Notes under the pieces: generated by a model | The model's database searches: none | Seen by the model: the letters and a program-made list of their open reading frames with translations, nothing else | What the model was told of the DNA's origin: nothing | Part shown: piece by piece, positions 1-9,192 of the stretch | Position numbering within the stretch: the stretch's first letter is position 1 | Layout: the number at the start of each line of letters is the position of its first letter | Origin: Robiginitomaculum sp. | GTDB taxonomy: Bacteria > Pseudomonadota > Alphaproteobacteria > Caulobacterales > Maricaulaceae | Assembly: GCA_027080345.1 (NCBI GenBank) | Contig: JALWSB010000042.1 | Coordinates: 22,967 to 86,966 of the forward strand | DNA: 64,000 nucleotides | Direction: 5' to 3' | Program-made: the position numbers and the translations under genes

Positions 1-370
1 TCCCGCGCAAGGTATCGCGCGCCGTCTTGCGTGTGCGTTTTTCAAGTACCCATTCGACGGGAATAATAATGTCCTGGCCCTTTGGCACCACCCGCAGAGC
101 ATCAGCATTGGCCATAAACATTAAATCCGGGCGGTGCGCCTTCAAGGCATCAAACACCGCCACCCCATCAGCCAGCCCCGTCGGGTGATTGGCGATAACC
201 ATAAGACGGCCGCGTTTGGGAATATACTCCAGCCCCGCCGCTTCAATGCGCAAGGAAAGAAGCCGCGCAACATGGGAAAATGCTTCAAAGCCGTTTAAAG
301 ACGCGATTTGATCGGCCATGGCGCGGGCCTTTTTATAGCCCAAAAGGCGATAAAGCCCGCCGCTTAACAT
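1..370 (-). CDS. Acyltransferase, PlsC/lysophospholipid-acyltransferase-like; C-terminal part lies outside the window, start uncertain
   Basis: Absent from the ORF track because it is cut by the window edge. Hand translation of the minus strand gives MLSGGLYRLLGYKKARAMADQIASLNGFEAFSHVARLLSLRIEAAGLEYIPKRGRLMVIANHPTGLADGVAVFDALKAHRPDLMFMANADALRVVPKG..., which contains an acyltransferase His...Asp block (ANHPTGLAD). In-frame ATGs at 370 and 320. Confidence 0.45.
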   Translation of the reverse strand, partial: MLSGGLYRLLGYKKARAMADQIASLNGFEAFSHVARLLSLRIEAAGLEYIPKRGRLMVIANHPTGLADGVAVFDALKAHRPDLMFMANADALRVVPKGQDIIIPVEWVLEKRTRKTARDTLRG

Positions 371-533
371 CCCCCACAAGATTTTCGATGAACGCAAGGC
401 AACGCAACGTTCTTCAATCAACTCATCTACAATATGCCTGTCTTTAGCCAATAGCGCGGGTGCCCATTCTTGCCTCTTGGACCTGAATATGGATTAATGG
501 GCGTCAATCTTCAAGACAGGACAGGAGTAGTTC

Positions 534-1136
534 ATGCCTGTTATTAGCCCCAAAACATCCCCCATAGCCATTCTGTCAACCTTGTTGTTAGCGCTCCCGG
601 CCACAGCATTGGCACAAAGCGCGCCCAAAGCACCGTGCGCAGATGCGGCCTATCGCCAACTGGATTTCTGGGTTGGTTCCTGGGATTTATGGTTTGATCA
701 GGGTAAGGGTAAACCGCGCGGCACAGCGCATAATACCATCACCAAGGATGCCCTTGGCCAGTGTGTCATTACCGAAAATTTCACCATGGGCAGCTATGCC
801 GGTATGAGCGTTTCCACCTTTCACAAAAAAATTGGTAAATGGCGCCAGACCTGGGTCGATAATGGGGGCAATTATTTTGACTTTGTTGGCGGTCCCGCTC
901 CCAAAGGCAGTGATTATGATTTTGGGCTGGAACTGGTTCACCCCGAAGGCATCAAGGCCCCGTTTTTACGCATGATCTGGAAAATCAAGGACAAGGACAA
1001 TCTTGTCTGGCGCTGGCAGGAACATAAGGATGGAGACACCAAATGGCAGGATAAATGGGTGTTGCACTATGTCCGCGAAGGCCGATTGCCCATCCCGCCC
1101 CACGCCACCGAAGCCAACGCCAATAATCCGCAATAA
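534..1136 (+). CDS. Exported protein of unknown function
   Basis: 200-aa ORF. N-terminus MPVISPKTSPIAILSTLLLALPATALAQS reads as a Sec signal peptide ending AxA. AGGAG RBS a few nt upstream of the ATG. Trp-rich mature part (FWVGSWDLWF). Confidence 0.65.
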   Translation: MPVISPKTSPIAILSTLLLALPATALAQSAPKAPCADAAYRQLDFWVGSWDLWFDQGKGKPRGTAHNTITKDALGQCVITENFTMGSYAGMSVSTFHKKIGKWRQTWVDNGGNYFDFVGGPAPKGSDYDFGLELVHPEGIKAPFLRMIWKIKDKDNLVWRWQEHKDGDTKWQDKWVLHYVREGRLPIPPHATEANANNPQ

Positions 1137-1142
1137 GGCACC

Positions 1143-1946
1143 TTATTCGGGTGCGCGTGAACGCACCAGTGGCCAGATCAACTGCTCGCCTGCGCTAATA
1201 TCAGGCAGGTTTTCCACACCAAATTTTTGCGGGTAGGTGCGGGTGATCTTGGCCGTGCCAAAAAGCACATCCCAGAAAAACAACAAATTGCCAAAATTGC
1301 CCTTATAATGGGTCACCCCGTCGGCCTTGTGCCGCCCGTGGTGCATGGCGTGGGTTGAGGGCGTCGAAATGGTCCGCTCGACCACCCACATGACGGGCGA
1401 CAGCCATTTTATCTTATAAAGCGGCGCATCCCAGCGTACACTGCTGTGCGCACCCATAATCACGCTCAATTTAAGCACCAGATAAAACGCATAAACCCAG
1501 CCCAGCCCCAGATAGACCAGCACCGCCGAAAGCCAGATTCCGGGCATCAGCGCGTAATAAAAAAGATTGTTCCGGTAAACAATACGCACGCTTAAATACC
1601 GGGCATTATGGTGCGGGCGGTGCAAGTGATAAAGCAAAGGAAATGTGTGCGACGCGCGGTGCCACCAGTATTGCGCCAGATCATCAAACACCACAAACAT
1701 CAAAAATTGCACCACAACAGGCAGACCCGCCCAGGCGTTGTGCATATCTGGCAAAGCGGCGCCCATGCCCGCATTAACGCCGAAGATAATTAAAGGCTGC
1801 ACCAGCCCCAAAAGCACAATGGTGGAGAAAAAATCGACCAGACCATCGCCCTTGACGGCCTCTTTTTGGCGAAAAAAACCACCCGCCAGCGCTTCCAGCA
1901 CAGCAAAGCCCAAAAAGATAATAAAAATAACGAGCTTTACATTCAT
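1143..1946 (-). CDS. Fatty acid hydroxylase / sterol desaturase-family membrane di-iron enzyme
   Basis: 267 aa with the family His boxes (WWHRASH, HLHRPHH, HAMHHGRH) and N-terminal hydrophobic helices. ATG at 1944-1946. Confidence 0.8.
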   Translation of the reverse strand: MNVKLVIFIIFLGFAVLEALAGGFFRQKEAVKGDGLVDFFSTIVLLGLVQPLIIFGVNAGMGAALPDMHNAWAGLPVVVQFLMFVVFDDLAQYWWHRASHTFPLLYHLHRPHHNARYLSVRIVYRNNLFYYALMPGIWLSAVLVYLGLGWVYAFYLVLKLSVIMGAHSSVRWDAPLYKIKWLSPVMWVVERTISTPSTHAMHHGRHKADGVTHYKGNFGNLLFFWDVLFGTAKITRTYPQKFGVENLPDISAGEQLIWPLVRSRAPE

Positions 1947-2059
1947 AAAAGGTACTCATGGGTTACCGGGATATTTTGCCCCCCTTATAACCCAAAACCA
2001 GACTCTATAAAGAGTGATATGACTCGTACGTATTGCCGCGCTTGTATCTTGAAAAAATA

Positions 2060-3415
2060 TTATCCGGCGCGCACTTTTTGCAAGAAGTCCTGCACCTGAC
2101 CGCGCATGGTCTCAGCCTGTTTGCCAAGTTCACCGGCCGCATCAACCACATTGCCCGACGCCGCGCCGGTCTCATTGGCCCCTTCCAGCACTTCGGCAAT
2201 GTTTTTGGAAACGTCTTGCGTACCGATTGCCGCTTCTTGGGTATTGCGGGCAATTTCCTGGGTCGCGGCGGACTGCTCTTCAACGGCGGCATTAATGGCC
2301 ACCGAAACCTCGTTCATCTCATCAATTGTGGCGCGAATAGAGGTAATCGCCTCGACCGACTGACCGGTAATTTCCTGCATGCTTTGAATTTGTGCGGCGA
2401 TATCTTCGGTCGCCTTGGCCGTCTGGGTGGCCAGGGATTTAACTTCCGAGGCAACAACCGCAAAGCCGCGCCCGGCCTCGCCGGCCCGCGCCGATTCAAT
2501 GGTCGCATTAAGCGCCAACAGGTTGGTTTGTTCGGCAATATCGGAAATCATATTAACTACCAGACCGACTTTTTCCGCCGCTTTGGCCAAAGATTCGATG
2601 GTGTCATTGGTGGTTTGCGCCCGCGTTACCGCCTGACTGGCAATCTCGGTGGAATGGGAAACCTGTTGGGCAATTTCGCTGACCGACGAGCCCATTTCTT
2701 CAGCCGCCGTGGCGACAACCGAAACATTGGCGGTGGCTTCTTCGGCGGCCGCCGACACAGTGGTGGATTTTTCCGATGTGTGTTCAGCGGTTTTGGCCAT
2801 GGTCTGCGCCGTTGTTTCCAGCTCGGTTGCCGCGGCGGCGACCGATTCAACAACGCCCATCACATTTTGCTCGAATGTGTCGGCCATTTCTTCCATAATG
2901 CGGTTTTTCTCCGCTTCGGTTTCTTCCAGATAAATGGAAATGGCAAAATCCATATCCAGCATTGCCGCCTTGGTAAGGGCGTTGATATAAAGCTCTCTTT
3001 TGTCGGCATTCTTGTCGCCACCAAGCCCTTTACCACTAAATTCCTTGGCAACAAAAACCGTTAACTCGGTCAAAATCATCGCATAACCGGCAATATACCA
3101 GCGTGGCTCAAGCCCCAGCCGGGCATGCACCTTGCCAATGGTGCGCACAGAGTTGACATAAGATTCATCAAACGTGCCGGTGGCAATATTCATCCAGTGG
3201 TCAAGCTGCTTTTGTTTGGCATGTTCCATCATGCCCGGCGTGGTGAAAAACCGCGCAACCTGCGGCCATTGGCGGATTTTGTCATAAAAAGCATCCAGAA
3301 TGCCCGGCAATTGCGCGGCAATATACGGTGACAATTCGCGCAAGGCTTCATCACAGCGCCCCCGCTCAATGCCGATAAATTTCATCCGCTCGTCAATGGC
3401 GATGGTATCTGTCAT
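2060..3415 (-). CDS. Globin-coupled methyl-accepting chemotaxis protein (HemAT-like soluble aerotaxis transducer)
   Basis: C-terminal MCP signalling domain with the conserved hairpin tip ([37 protein letters not shown]). N-terminal ~150 aa align by eye with globin-coupled sensors (DAFYDKI...; [19 protein letters not shown] resembles the HemAT proximal-His helix). No TM segment. ORF-track start 3496 trimmed to ATG 3415 ([11 protein letters not shown]), which has a GAGGGA RBS upstream. Confidence 0.85.
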   Translation of the reverse strand: MTDTIAIDERMKFIGIERGRCDEALRELSPYIAAQLPGILDAFYDKIRQWPQVARFFTTPGMMEHAKQKQLDHWMNIATGTFDESYVNSVRTIGKVHARLGLEPRWYIAGYAMILTELTVFVAKEFSGKGLGGDKNADKRELYINALTKAAMLDMDFAISIYLEETEAEKNRIMEEMADTFEQNVMGVVESVAAAATELETTAQTMAKTAEHTSEKSTTVSAAAEEATANVSVVATAAEEMGSSVSEIAQQVSHSTEIASQAVTRAQTTNDTIESLAKAAEKVGLVVNMISDIAEQTNLLALNATIESARAGEAGRGFAVVASEVKSLATQTAKATEDIAAQIQSMQEITGQSVEAITSIRATIDEMNEVSVAINAAVEEQSAATQEIARNTQEAAIGTQDVSKNIAEVLEGANETGAASGNVVDAAGELGKQAETMRGQVQDFLQKVRAG

Positions 3416-3620
3416 GATCTGGTCCCTCTGGTCACAATAAGTTTGGGCGGCCAGCAAACAGATTCTCCCAATCCAGCCAGCGCCTTGAAAAGGCATAAGA
3501 AGGTGATTTGGTTACTAAATGATTAGCAAGAGCGTATTGCCAAAACACAATTAATACGTGTATTTTTATACAATGAATACCCACGTAAAGGTTGCAGGGT
3601 ATGGTGAAAAATCCATAGAT

Positions 3621-4163
3621 TTAACGCGCGGCGGAAAACCCGCGTACATAATCAACCAGCGAATAAAGGGTTATGGCCATGGCCAGCCAGATCAGGGCCA
3701 TGCTGACACCACCAGACAAATCAAGCATATGCGCACCAATAACGCCAATTTGTGCACCGCCCTGAATCACCGCCTTGATTTTCCCCGACAGGCGCGCACC
3801 GATTTGCACCCCGCGGGACGCCGCCATAATACGCGCGTACGAAACAATAATATCGCGAAACAAAAACGGAAAAATCATCCATAACGGCATCCAGCCCGCC
3901 GCCGCGAAAGCCATAAAAACGCTAAGGCGGTAAAGACTGTCACACATTGGATCCAGCGCCTGGCCAAGGCCGGAGGCCTGATTCATTTTGCGTGCCGTCC
4001 AGCCATCAAGAAGGTCGGTAACCTCGCCCAATATTGCCAGAACAAGAACAATCATCAATCCGGGTGAAACCGGATAGGCCAGAAGATAAAATATACCAAG
4101 ACCCAGTGCGATACGCGACAGGGTGAGAAGATTGGCCGGTGTCAAAAAAGATGTGGTTTTCAT
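3621..4163 (-). CDS. pgsA: CDP-alcohol phosphatidyltransferase, PgsA-like
   Basis: 180 aa polytopic protein with the motif D-x2-DG-x2-AR-x8-G-x3-D-x3-D (TDLLDGWTARKMNQASGLGQALDPMCDS). Size and position downstream of uvrC match the widespread uvrC-pgsA synteny. Confidence 0.7.
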   Translation of the reverse strand: MKTTSFLTPANLLTLSRIALGLGIFYLLAYPVSPGLMIVLVLAILGEVTDLLDGWTARKMNQASGLGQALDPMCDSLYRLSVFMAFAAAGWMPLWMIFPFLFRDIIVSYARIMAASRGVQIGARLSGKIKAVIQGGAQIGVIGAHMLDLSGGVSMALIWLAMAITLYSLVDYVRGFSAAR

Positions 4164-4172
4164 AAGCTGTTC

Positions 4173-4970
4173 CTAATCCAAAAATGGCGCGCGCAACAGC
4201 GCCTTTGTCACCTGCGCAAAACCCCTGGCCGCATCCTCTTTGGTCACAAAGGCCGGCAGATCACTTTCAGGCAGGTCAAATGTGCTGATCGCGCTGACGC
4301 CGACGGAGAGAGGAAAAGCCTTGAACAGCGGTACATCATTGGGTGAATCGCCCATATAGATCGCCGCGTCTTTAATGTCCTCAAGGGCTACGTTTTGCGT
4401 TATTTTCAGCCACCGTTCAAACATGGTGCGCTTGTCATAAGTCCCGAACCAGGCATTGACGTGAATCGAGCTGACCTTGGCGGTTGCGCCCGCATCGGCA
4501 AACCGCGCGGCAATGGCGTGCGCCACATCCAGCGGTAAAGGCGGCACATCTTCACAAAAATCCACCGCCACATCACTAGCCCGCCAGGGTGTGTCCTGCG
4601 CCAGAGCGGTGCCGGGAAAATCGGCCATAATGTCTTTGGCAATCTCTTTCAAGCGCCGCAGGCCCGCTTCACGCACCACCGCCTCATCCTGCCATAGCTG
4701 GCGGATATGCGCCCCGTCACGATAAAAGCACAAGGCCCCGTTTTCACCGACCACCGCATCAATGGGGAAAAACCGCGCCATCATATCGCACCAGCCCGCC
4801 GGGCGCCCGGTAATCAACACCACTTTGCGCCCGCTTTGGCGTACATCTTCCAGCGCCTGATAACTCGATGCGGGCCATTGGCCGTGCGCCGTAATGGTGT
4901 CGTCAATATCAGACAAAAGATAGCCGACGCGGGCGAGCGCTTTTTCCGGGAATTTACTAAACGGCTTCAT
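4173..4970 (-). CDS. HAD-IIB (Cof/sucrose-phosphatase-like) phosphatase
   Basis: 265 aa. HAD motif I SDIDDT, motif II ITGR, motif IV GDSPND. There is a 12-nt gap after uvrC and a 9-nt gap before pgsA-like. Confidence 0.75.
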   Translation of the reverse strand: MKPFSKFPEKALARVGYLLSDIDDTITAHGQWPASSYQALEDVRQSGRKVVLITGRPAGWCDMMARFFPIDAVVGENGALCFYRDGAHIRQLWQDEAVVREAGLRRLKEIAKDIMADFPGTALAQDTPWRASDVAVDFCEDVPPLPLDVAHAIAARFADAGATAKVSSIHVNAWFGTYDKRTMFERWLKITQNVALEDIKDAAIYMGDSPNDVPLFKAFPLSVGVSAISTFDLPESDLPAFVTKEDAARGFAQVTKALLRAPFLD

Positions 4971-4982
4971 GGATAAAATATC

Positions 4983-6857
4983 CTATTGCTCATCATGAAA
5001 ATAATCATAAATGGTTTTGGCCATGCGCTTTGACACTCCTTCGGCGGCCTCCAGATCGACCAGTTTGGCGCTGGCCACCGCCTTGGCAGAGCCAAAGCGC
5101 GCAAGCAAGGCTTTTTTGCGTAAAGGGCCAATGCCCGGCACCGCATCCAGCGGGTTGGTGTGCGCCGCTTTTGTGCGCCGCCGTCGATGCGCGCCAATGG
5201 CATAACGGTGCGCTTCATCGCGCAGACGTTGCAGGTAGTAAAGCACCGGGTCACGCATTTCCATGCGAAAGGGTTTTCGCCCGGGCAGGAAAAACTGTTC
5301 GCGTCCGGCGTCGCGCTCCACCCCCTTGGCGATCCCGACAACGGCAATATCGTCGGTGGAAATGCCCAGATCCTTCATCACCGCAAGGGTGGCGGATAAT
5401 TGTCCAGCCCCGCCATCGATCAGCACCAGATCGGGCACAATGGCGGTGCCTTTTTCGCGCTCTTTTAAAAGGCGCGAAAACCGCCGGGTCAGCACTTCGC
5501 GCATCATCCCGTAATCATCGCCCGGGGTGATGTCTTTGGATTTGATATTAAAGGTCCGGTACTGATTTTTTTCAAATCCGTCCGGCCCGGCCACCACCAT
5601 GCCGCCAACCGCCAATGTGCCGCTAATATGTGAGTTATCATAGATCTCAATACGCTGCGGTGGCGCTTTGAGGCCAAACACCTTGGCCACGCCTTCCAAC
5701 TGGATTTTGCGGCTGGCCCCTTCGGCCAGACGCCGCCCCAGCGCATCGCGGGCATTATCAAGCGCCTGACGCATCAAATTCGCCTTTTGCCCGCGCCGGG
5801 GGCGTATAATATCAACATGCCGCCCGGCCCGCAGGCTCAAGGCTTCGGTCAGAAGATCAGCTTCGGGCAGATCGTGACTGACCATCAATATTTTCGGCGG
5901 GCGCTTATTCTCGTAAAACTGCGCCAAAAAGGCCCCCAATACCTCTTCGGGAGTCGCCGCCTTGTCATGGCGCGGAAAATAAGCCCGCTCGCCCCAGTTT
6001 TGCCCGGCGCGATAGAAAAACATCCGCACACAGGTCTGCCCGCTTTGCCTGTGCAGGGCGGCAAGGTCGGCATCAACAATACCCGCCGGATTAACATCCT
6101 GGCGCGCCGTTACCGCGCTCAAGGCGCGAATACGGTCACGTAGATCCGCCGCCCGCTCAAAGTCCTGCACGGCGGCGGCGGCCTGCATTTGCCGGTTAAG
6201 CGCTTCGTGCAGGGCATCTGAGCGCCCGTGTAAAAAATCCGCCGCCTCGGCCACCAATTGCGCATAATCCTCAAGATGAATTTCGCCCGTACACGGCGCG
6301 GCGCAGCGTTTGATCTGGTGCAACATGCATGGCCGGGTGCGGCCTTCGAAAACCGAATCCGAGCAGGTGCGCAGCAAAAATGCCTTTTGCAATATATCCA
6401 AAGTCTGATTGACCGCCGAGGCGCTGGCAAAGGGGCCAAAATATTCACCTTTGATAGAATGTGCGCCCCGGTGTTTCAGCACCTGCGCCGCCTTGTGGTC
6501 CTTGCGCAGCACAATATAGGGAAAGGATTTATCATCGCGCAGCAAAATATTATAGCGCGGCTTTAGCCGTTTTATGAGGTTGGCCTCAAGCAATAAGGCC
6601 TCGGTCTCGGTCTCGGTAAGGACAAACTCCATGCTCCGCGTGGCGCTGATCATGCGGGCGATACGGACCGACTGGCGCTCCGGCCGGGTATAATTCACCA
6701 CCCGTTTTTTAAGGTTTTTCGCCTTGCCCACATAAAGCACATCCCCGTGCGCCCCCAGCATCCGATAAACGCCGGGCTTGCCGGGCAGACGGCGCACATG
6801 ATCTGCGATCAGGGCCGCGCCTTGCAACGCACCGGAAGATGGCACCGTTTCAGTCAT
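4983..6857 (-). CDS. uvrC: Excinuclease ABC subunit C
   Basis: 624 aa. N-terminal GIY-YIG block ([25 protein letters not shown]), UVR domain, and C-terminal endonuclease plus HhH region. Confidence 0.95.
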   Translation of the reverse strand: MTETVPSSGALQGAALIADHVRRLPGKPGVYRMLGAHGDVLYVGKAKNLKKRVVNYTRPERQSVRIARMISATRSMEFVLTETETEALLLEANLIKRLKPRYNILLRDDKSFPYIVLRKDHKAAQVLKHRGAHSIKGEYFGPFASASAVNQTLDILQKAFLLRTCSDSVFEGRTRPCMLHQIKRCAAPCTGEIHLEDYAQLVAEAADFLHGRSDALHEALNRQMQAAAAVQDFERAADLRDRIRALSAVTARQDVNPAGIVDADLAALHRQSGQTCVRMFFYRAGQNWGERAYFPRHDKAATPEEVLGAFLAQFYENKRPPKILMVSHDLPEADLLTEALSLRAGRHVDIIRPRRGQKANLMRQALDNARDALGRRLAEGASRKIQLEGVAKVFGLKAPPQRIEIYDNSHISGTLAVGGMVVAGPDGFEKNQYRTFNIKSKDITPGDDYGMMREVLTRRFSRLLKEREKGTAIVPDLVLIDGGAGQLSATLAVMKDLGISTDDIAVVGIAKGVERDAGREQFFLPGRKPFRMEMRDPVLYYLQRLRDEAHRYAIGAHRRRRTKAAHTNPLDAVPGIGPLRKKALLARFGSAKAVASAKLVDLEAAEGVSKRMAKTIYDYFHDEQ

Positions 6858-6900
6858 AACCCCATGATACCCGCTTGATGATATTCAGCCAGCGTGCGGC

Positions 6901-7275
6901 TCAGTTATGATCTTCACGCACCCGGCATATCTCCACCCCAGCGGCATTGGCGGCGGCCAATGCGTTGGGTTTTTCAATGCGCACCCGAACGGCCAAAACC
7001 CGGCGGTCCCGCAAACACCAGTCGGCCAGCCGTTCGGCCAGGGTTTCGACCAATTGCACATGCCCGGCGCGGGCAAGATCGCGTGCCTTATTGGCCACCG
7101 CTTCATAATCGATGGTTTCCGCCAGACGGTCATCTTGCGGGCGCATGCCCCCGACATCCAGATAGACATCAATAAATATCGGCTGAGTGCCTTCGTGCTC
7201 ATGCGGGTGCACCCCGATTGAGGCATCAACCCGCAGGCCTTTGACAAATATCTGCATGCTGGCCCCATTGCTCAT
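6901..7275 (-). CDS. folB: Dihydroneopterin aldolase
   Basis: 124 aa. MQIFVKGLRVDASIGVHPHEHEGTQPIFIDVYLDV is FolB-like. The ATG at 7275 overlaps the stop of the upstream SDR gene (ATGA). ATG 7257 is an alternative start. Confidence 0.8.
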   Translation of the reverse strand: MSNGASMQIFVKGLRVDASIGVHPHEHEGTQPIFIDVYLDVGGMRPQDDRLAETIDYEAVANKARDLARAGHVQLVETLAERLADWCLRDRRVLAVRVRIEKPNALAAANAAGVEICRVREDHN

Positions 7276-8030
7276 TCGCTGACCCCGTCAATATCGGCGG
7301 TACGCCATAATAAATGCTGGCCACCATCGACAATAATCATCTGGCCGGTCACCGCCTGCGCTTCGAGTAAATAACGCACAGCACGAACAATTTCAGGCGC
7401 AGGCGAGCCGGTTTGCAGCAAGGTGGCGCGCACCTGGCGTTCAAAATCCTCTTCGCTTTGACGGGCATTGCGCAAAGTTGGCCCCGGCGCCACCGCATTG
7501 ACCCGTATGGCCGGTGCCAACGCCTGGGCCAGTGTGCGCGTTGCCGCCTCCAAAGCCGCCTTGGAGAGGAAATAACTGAAAAAATGGGGGCTGGGTTTGC
7601 GCACCCGCTGGTCGATCAGATTAATCACACTGGCCGGTGCGTCGCCGTCCACTTGCGCGGCAAATGCCTTGGCCAGAAAAACCGGCGCGCGCAAATTGGC
7701 GTGCATGTGCTGATCCCAAAGATCGTGCTCCAGCGTTTGCAAACGATCATCGACAAAGTGCGATGCATTATTGATCAAGGCGGTGAGCGGGCCAACCGTT
7801 GCGCGCGCCGCATCAATAAGGGCCGCCGGCGCATCGGGAAGGCTCAAATCAGCCTGCACGCTGGCGGCCGTTCCGCCTGTATCGGTGATTGATTTGACAA
7901 CCTCTTGCGCCGCCTCCGCTGAGCGGCGGTAATGCACCGCAACGGCCCAGCCATCTTCGCCCAGCGCCAGCGCCAGCGCCCGGCCAATGCGCGTCCCGGC
8001 CCCGGTGATCAGCACCGCGCGGGTTGTCAT
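7272..8030 (-). CDS. Short-chain dehydrogenase/reductase (pteridine-reductase-like, folB-linked)
   Basis: Rossmann motif ITGAGTRIGRALA and an SDR core. ORF-track start 8168 trimmed to ATG 8030 (MTTRAVLITGAG), which overlaps the upstream gene stop as ATGA. Confidence 0.8.
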   Translation of the reverse strand: MTTRAVLITGAGTRIGRALALALGEDGWAVAVHYRRSAEAAQEVVKSITDTGGTAASVQADLSLPDAPAALIDAARATVGPLTALINNASHFVDDRLQTLEHDLWDQHMHANLRAPVFLAKAFAAQVDGDAPASVINLIDQRVRKPSPHFFSYFLSKAALEAATRTLAQALAPAIRVNAVAPGPTLRNARQSEEDFERQVRATLLQTGSPAPEIVRAVRYLLEAQAVTGQMIIVDGGQHLLWRTADIDGVSE

Positions 8031-9001
8031 AACACCCCGGCGCGCAGCATCAGCCCGGCGATATAGGCCCCATAGCCCACAAGTAATAGCAGCCCGAGGG
8101 GCCAGCGCAGTTTGATCCGGGCAAGCGAGAAAATCCCCAATAAGGCCGCAGAACCCAGCATCACCCATAAATCATAGTGCTGAATACTCTGCGGTACAGC
8201 CAGATCACCAACCATGGATGATGCCCCGCCAACGGCAAATATATTAAAAATATTCGAGCCAAAAGCATTACCCACGGCCAAGTCGCTGTGGCGGCGCAAA
8301 GCCGCAATCACTGATGTGGCCAATTCGGGCAGGGAGGTGCTGATAGCCACAATGCTCAGGCCGATCACCGCCGTTGAAACATGCATGCTTTGGGCGATGC
8401 TGACCGCATGACTGCCCACAAGCTGTCCACCAAAGGGCAGGCCGACAACGCCAAAAAGAATAAATGCAAAGACCACCCAGGGACGCCTTGGCAGGCCGGG
8501 CATATGTTCCACATCGGCCAATTCGCGCACATCCGCCGCCGCTTTGCCAGCCCGCGCCTCGAAAAAGAGATAGGCAAGATAAAGGATAATCAGAGCAAAC
8601 AACAAAGCGCCCTGCCAAAAGCTGATGGTTCCGCGCAGCGCCATAAAGGTGAATATCAGCGAAGCGATAAGGGCAATCAGGACATTGCGCCCGGTCCCCG
8701 ACGAAGACGTGCATATGGGGTAAATCAAGGCAGGTACGCCCAGAACAAGCAGCATGTTGGCAATGTTCGAGCCAACAATATTACCCACCGCCAGCCCCGG
8801 TTCGCCATGCAAGGTAGCCCCGACACTGATCACCAGTTCCGGCGCAGACGTGCCCAGCGCCACAATGGTCAAACCGATAATCAGCGGCGGCACACCCCAG
8901 TTTTTTGCCAAGGATGCCGACCCGCGCACAAGAATATCGCCCGAGAACAACAGAACAACCACACCGACAACAAGCCAGATGAAATGAATATAAACGGGCA
9001 T
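8027..9001 (-). CDS. Ca2+/Na+ antiporter, CaCA (YrbG-like) family
   Basis: 324 aa polytopic protein with the two alpha-repeat signatures (GTSAPEL and STSLPEL). Confidence 0.85.
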   Translation of the reverse strand: MPVYIHFIWLVVGVVVLLFSGDILVRGSASLAKNWGVPPLIIGLTIVALGTSAPELVISVGATLHGEPGLAVGNIVGSNIANMLLVLGVPALIYPICTSSSGTGRNVLIALIASLIFTFMALRGTISFWQGALLFALIILYLAYLFFEARAGKAAADVRELADVEHMPGLPRRPWVVFAFILFGVVGLPFGGQLVGSHAVSIAQSMHVSTAVIGLSIVAISTSLPELATSVIAALRRHSDLAVGNAFGSNIFNIFAVGGASSMVGDLAVPQSIQHYDLWVMLGSAALLGIFSLARIKLRWPLGLLLLVGYGAYIAGLMLRAGVL

Positions 9002-9192
9002 ACTCTTCCCTTAAGACGTCCGGCACATGCACCGGTCTTGATAAGGGCGCAAGTGTGCCGGAGCCACCGATAAAAGAAAAGAGGCAGGTGCATGTTGCGC
9101 AAAAAGAAAATTAAAAAAAGCCGTTTTCCTTTTGTAAATACTTAAAGTTGTATTTATACGAATCGCTACCATTAACCCAAAGGAATATCGCC

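Noticed and set aside
2033-3064. 343-aa plus-strand ORF, plus many 60-100-aa ORFs, antisense to the MCP gene.
   Set aside because: It is a mirror-frame artefact of a GC-rich Ala/Thr/Glu-repeat gene. The translation is Gly/Arg/Phe/Asn low-complexity nonsense, it has no RBS, and it lies wholly within a strongly supported gene. The same reasoning rejects the other long antisense ORFs: 13893-14387, 16319-16696, 17054-17554, 26465-27094, 28672-29331, 29417-29971, 31695-32366, 38233-39027, 39687-40463, 39898-40527, 42029-42601, 49922-50566, 53060-53695, 56930-57511, 57817-58428 and 60449-61021.
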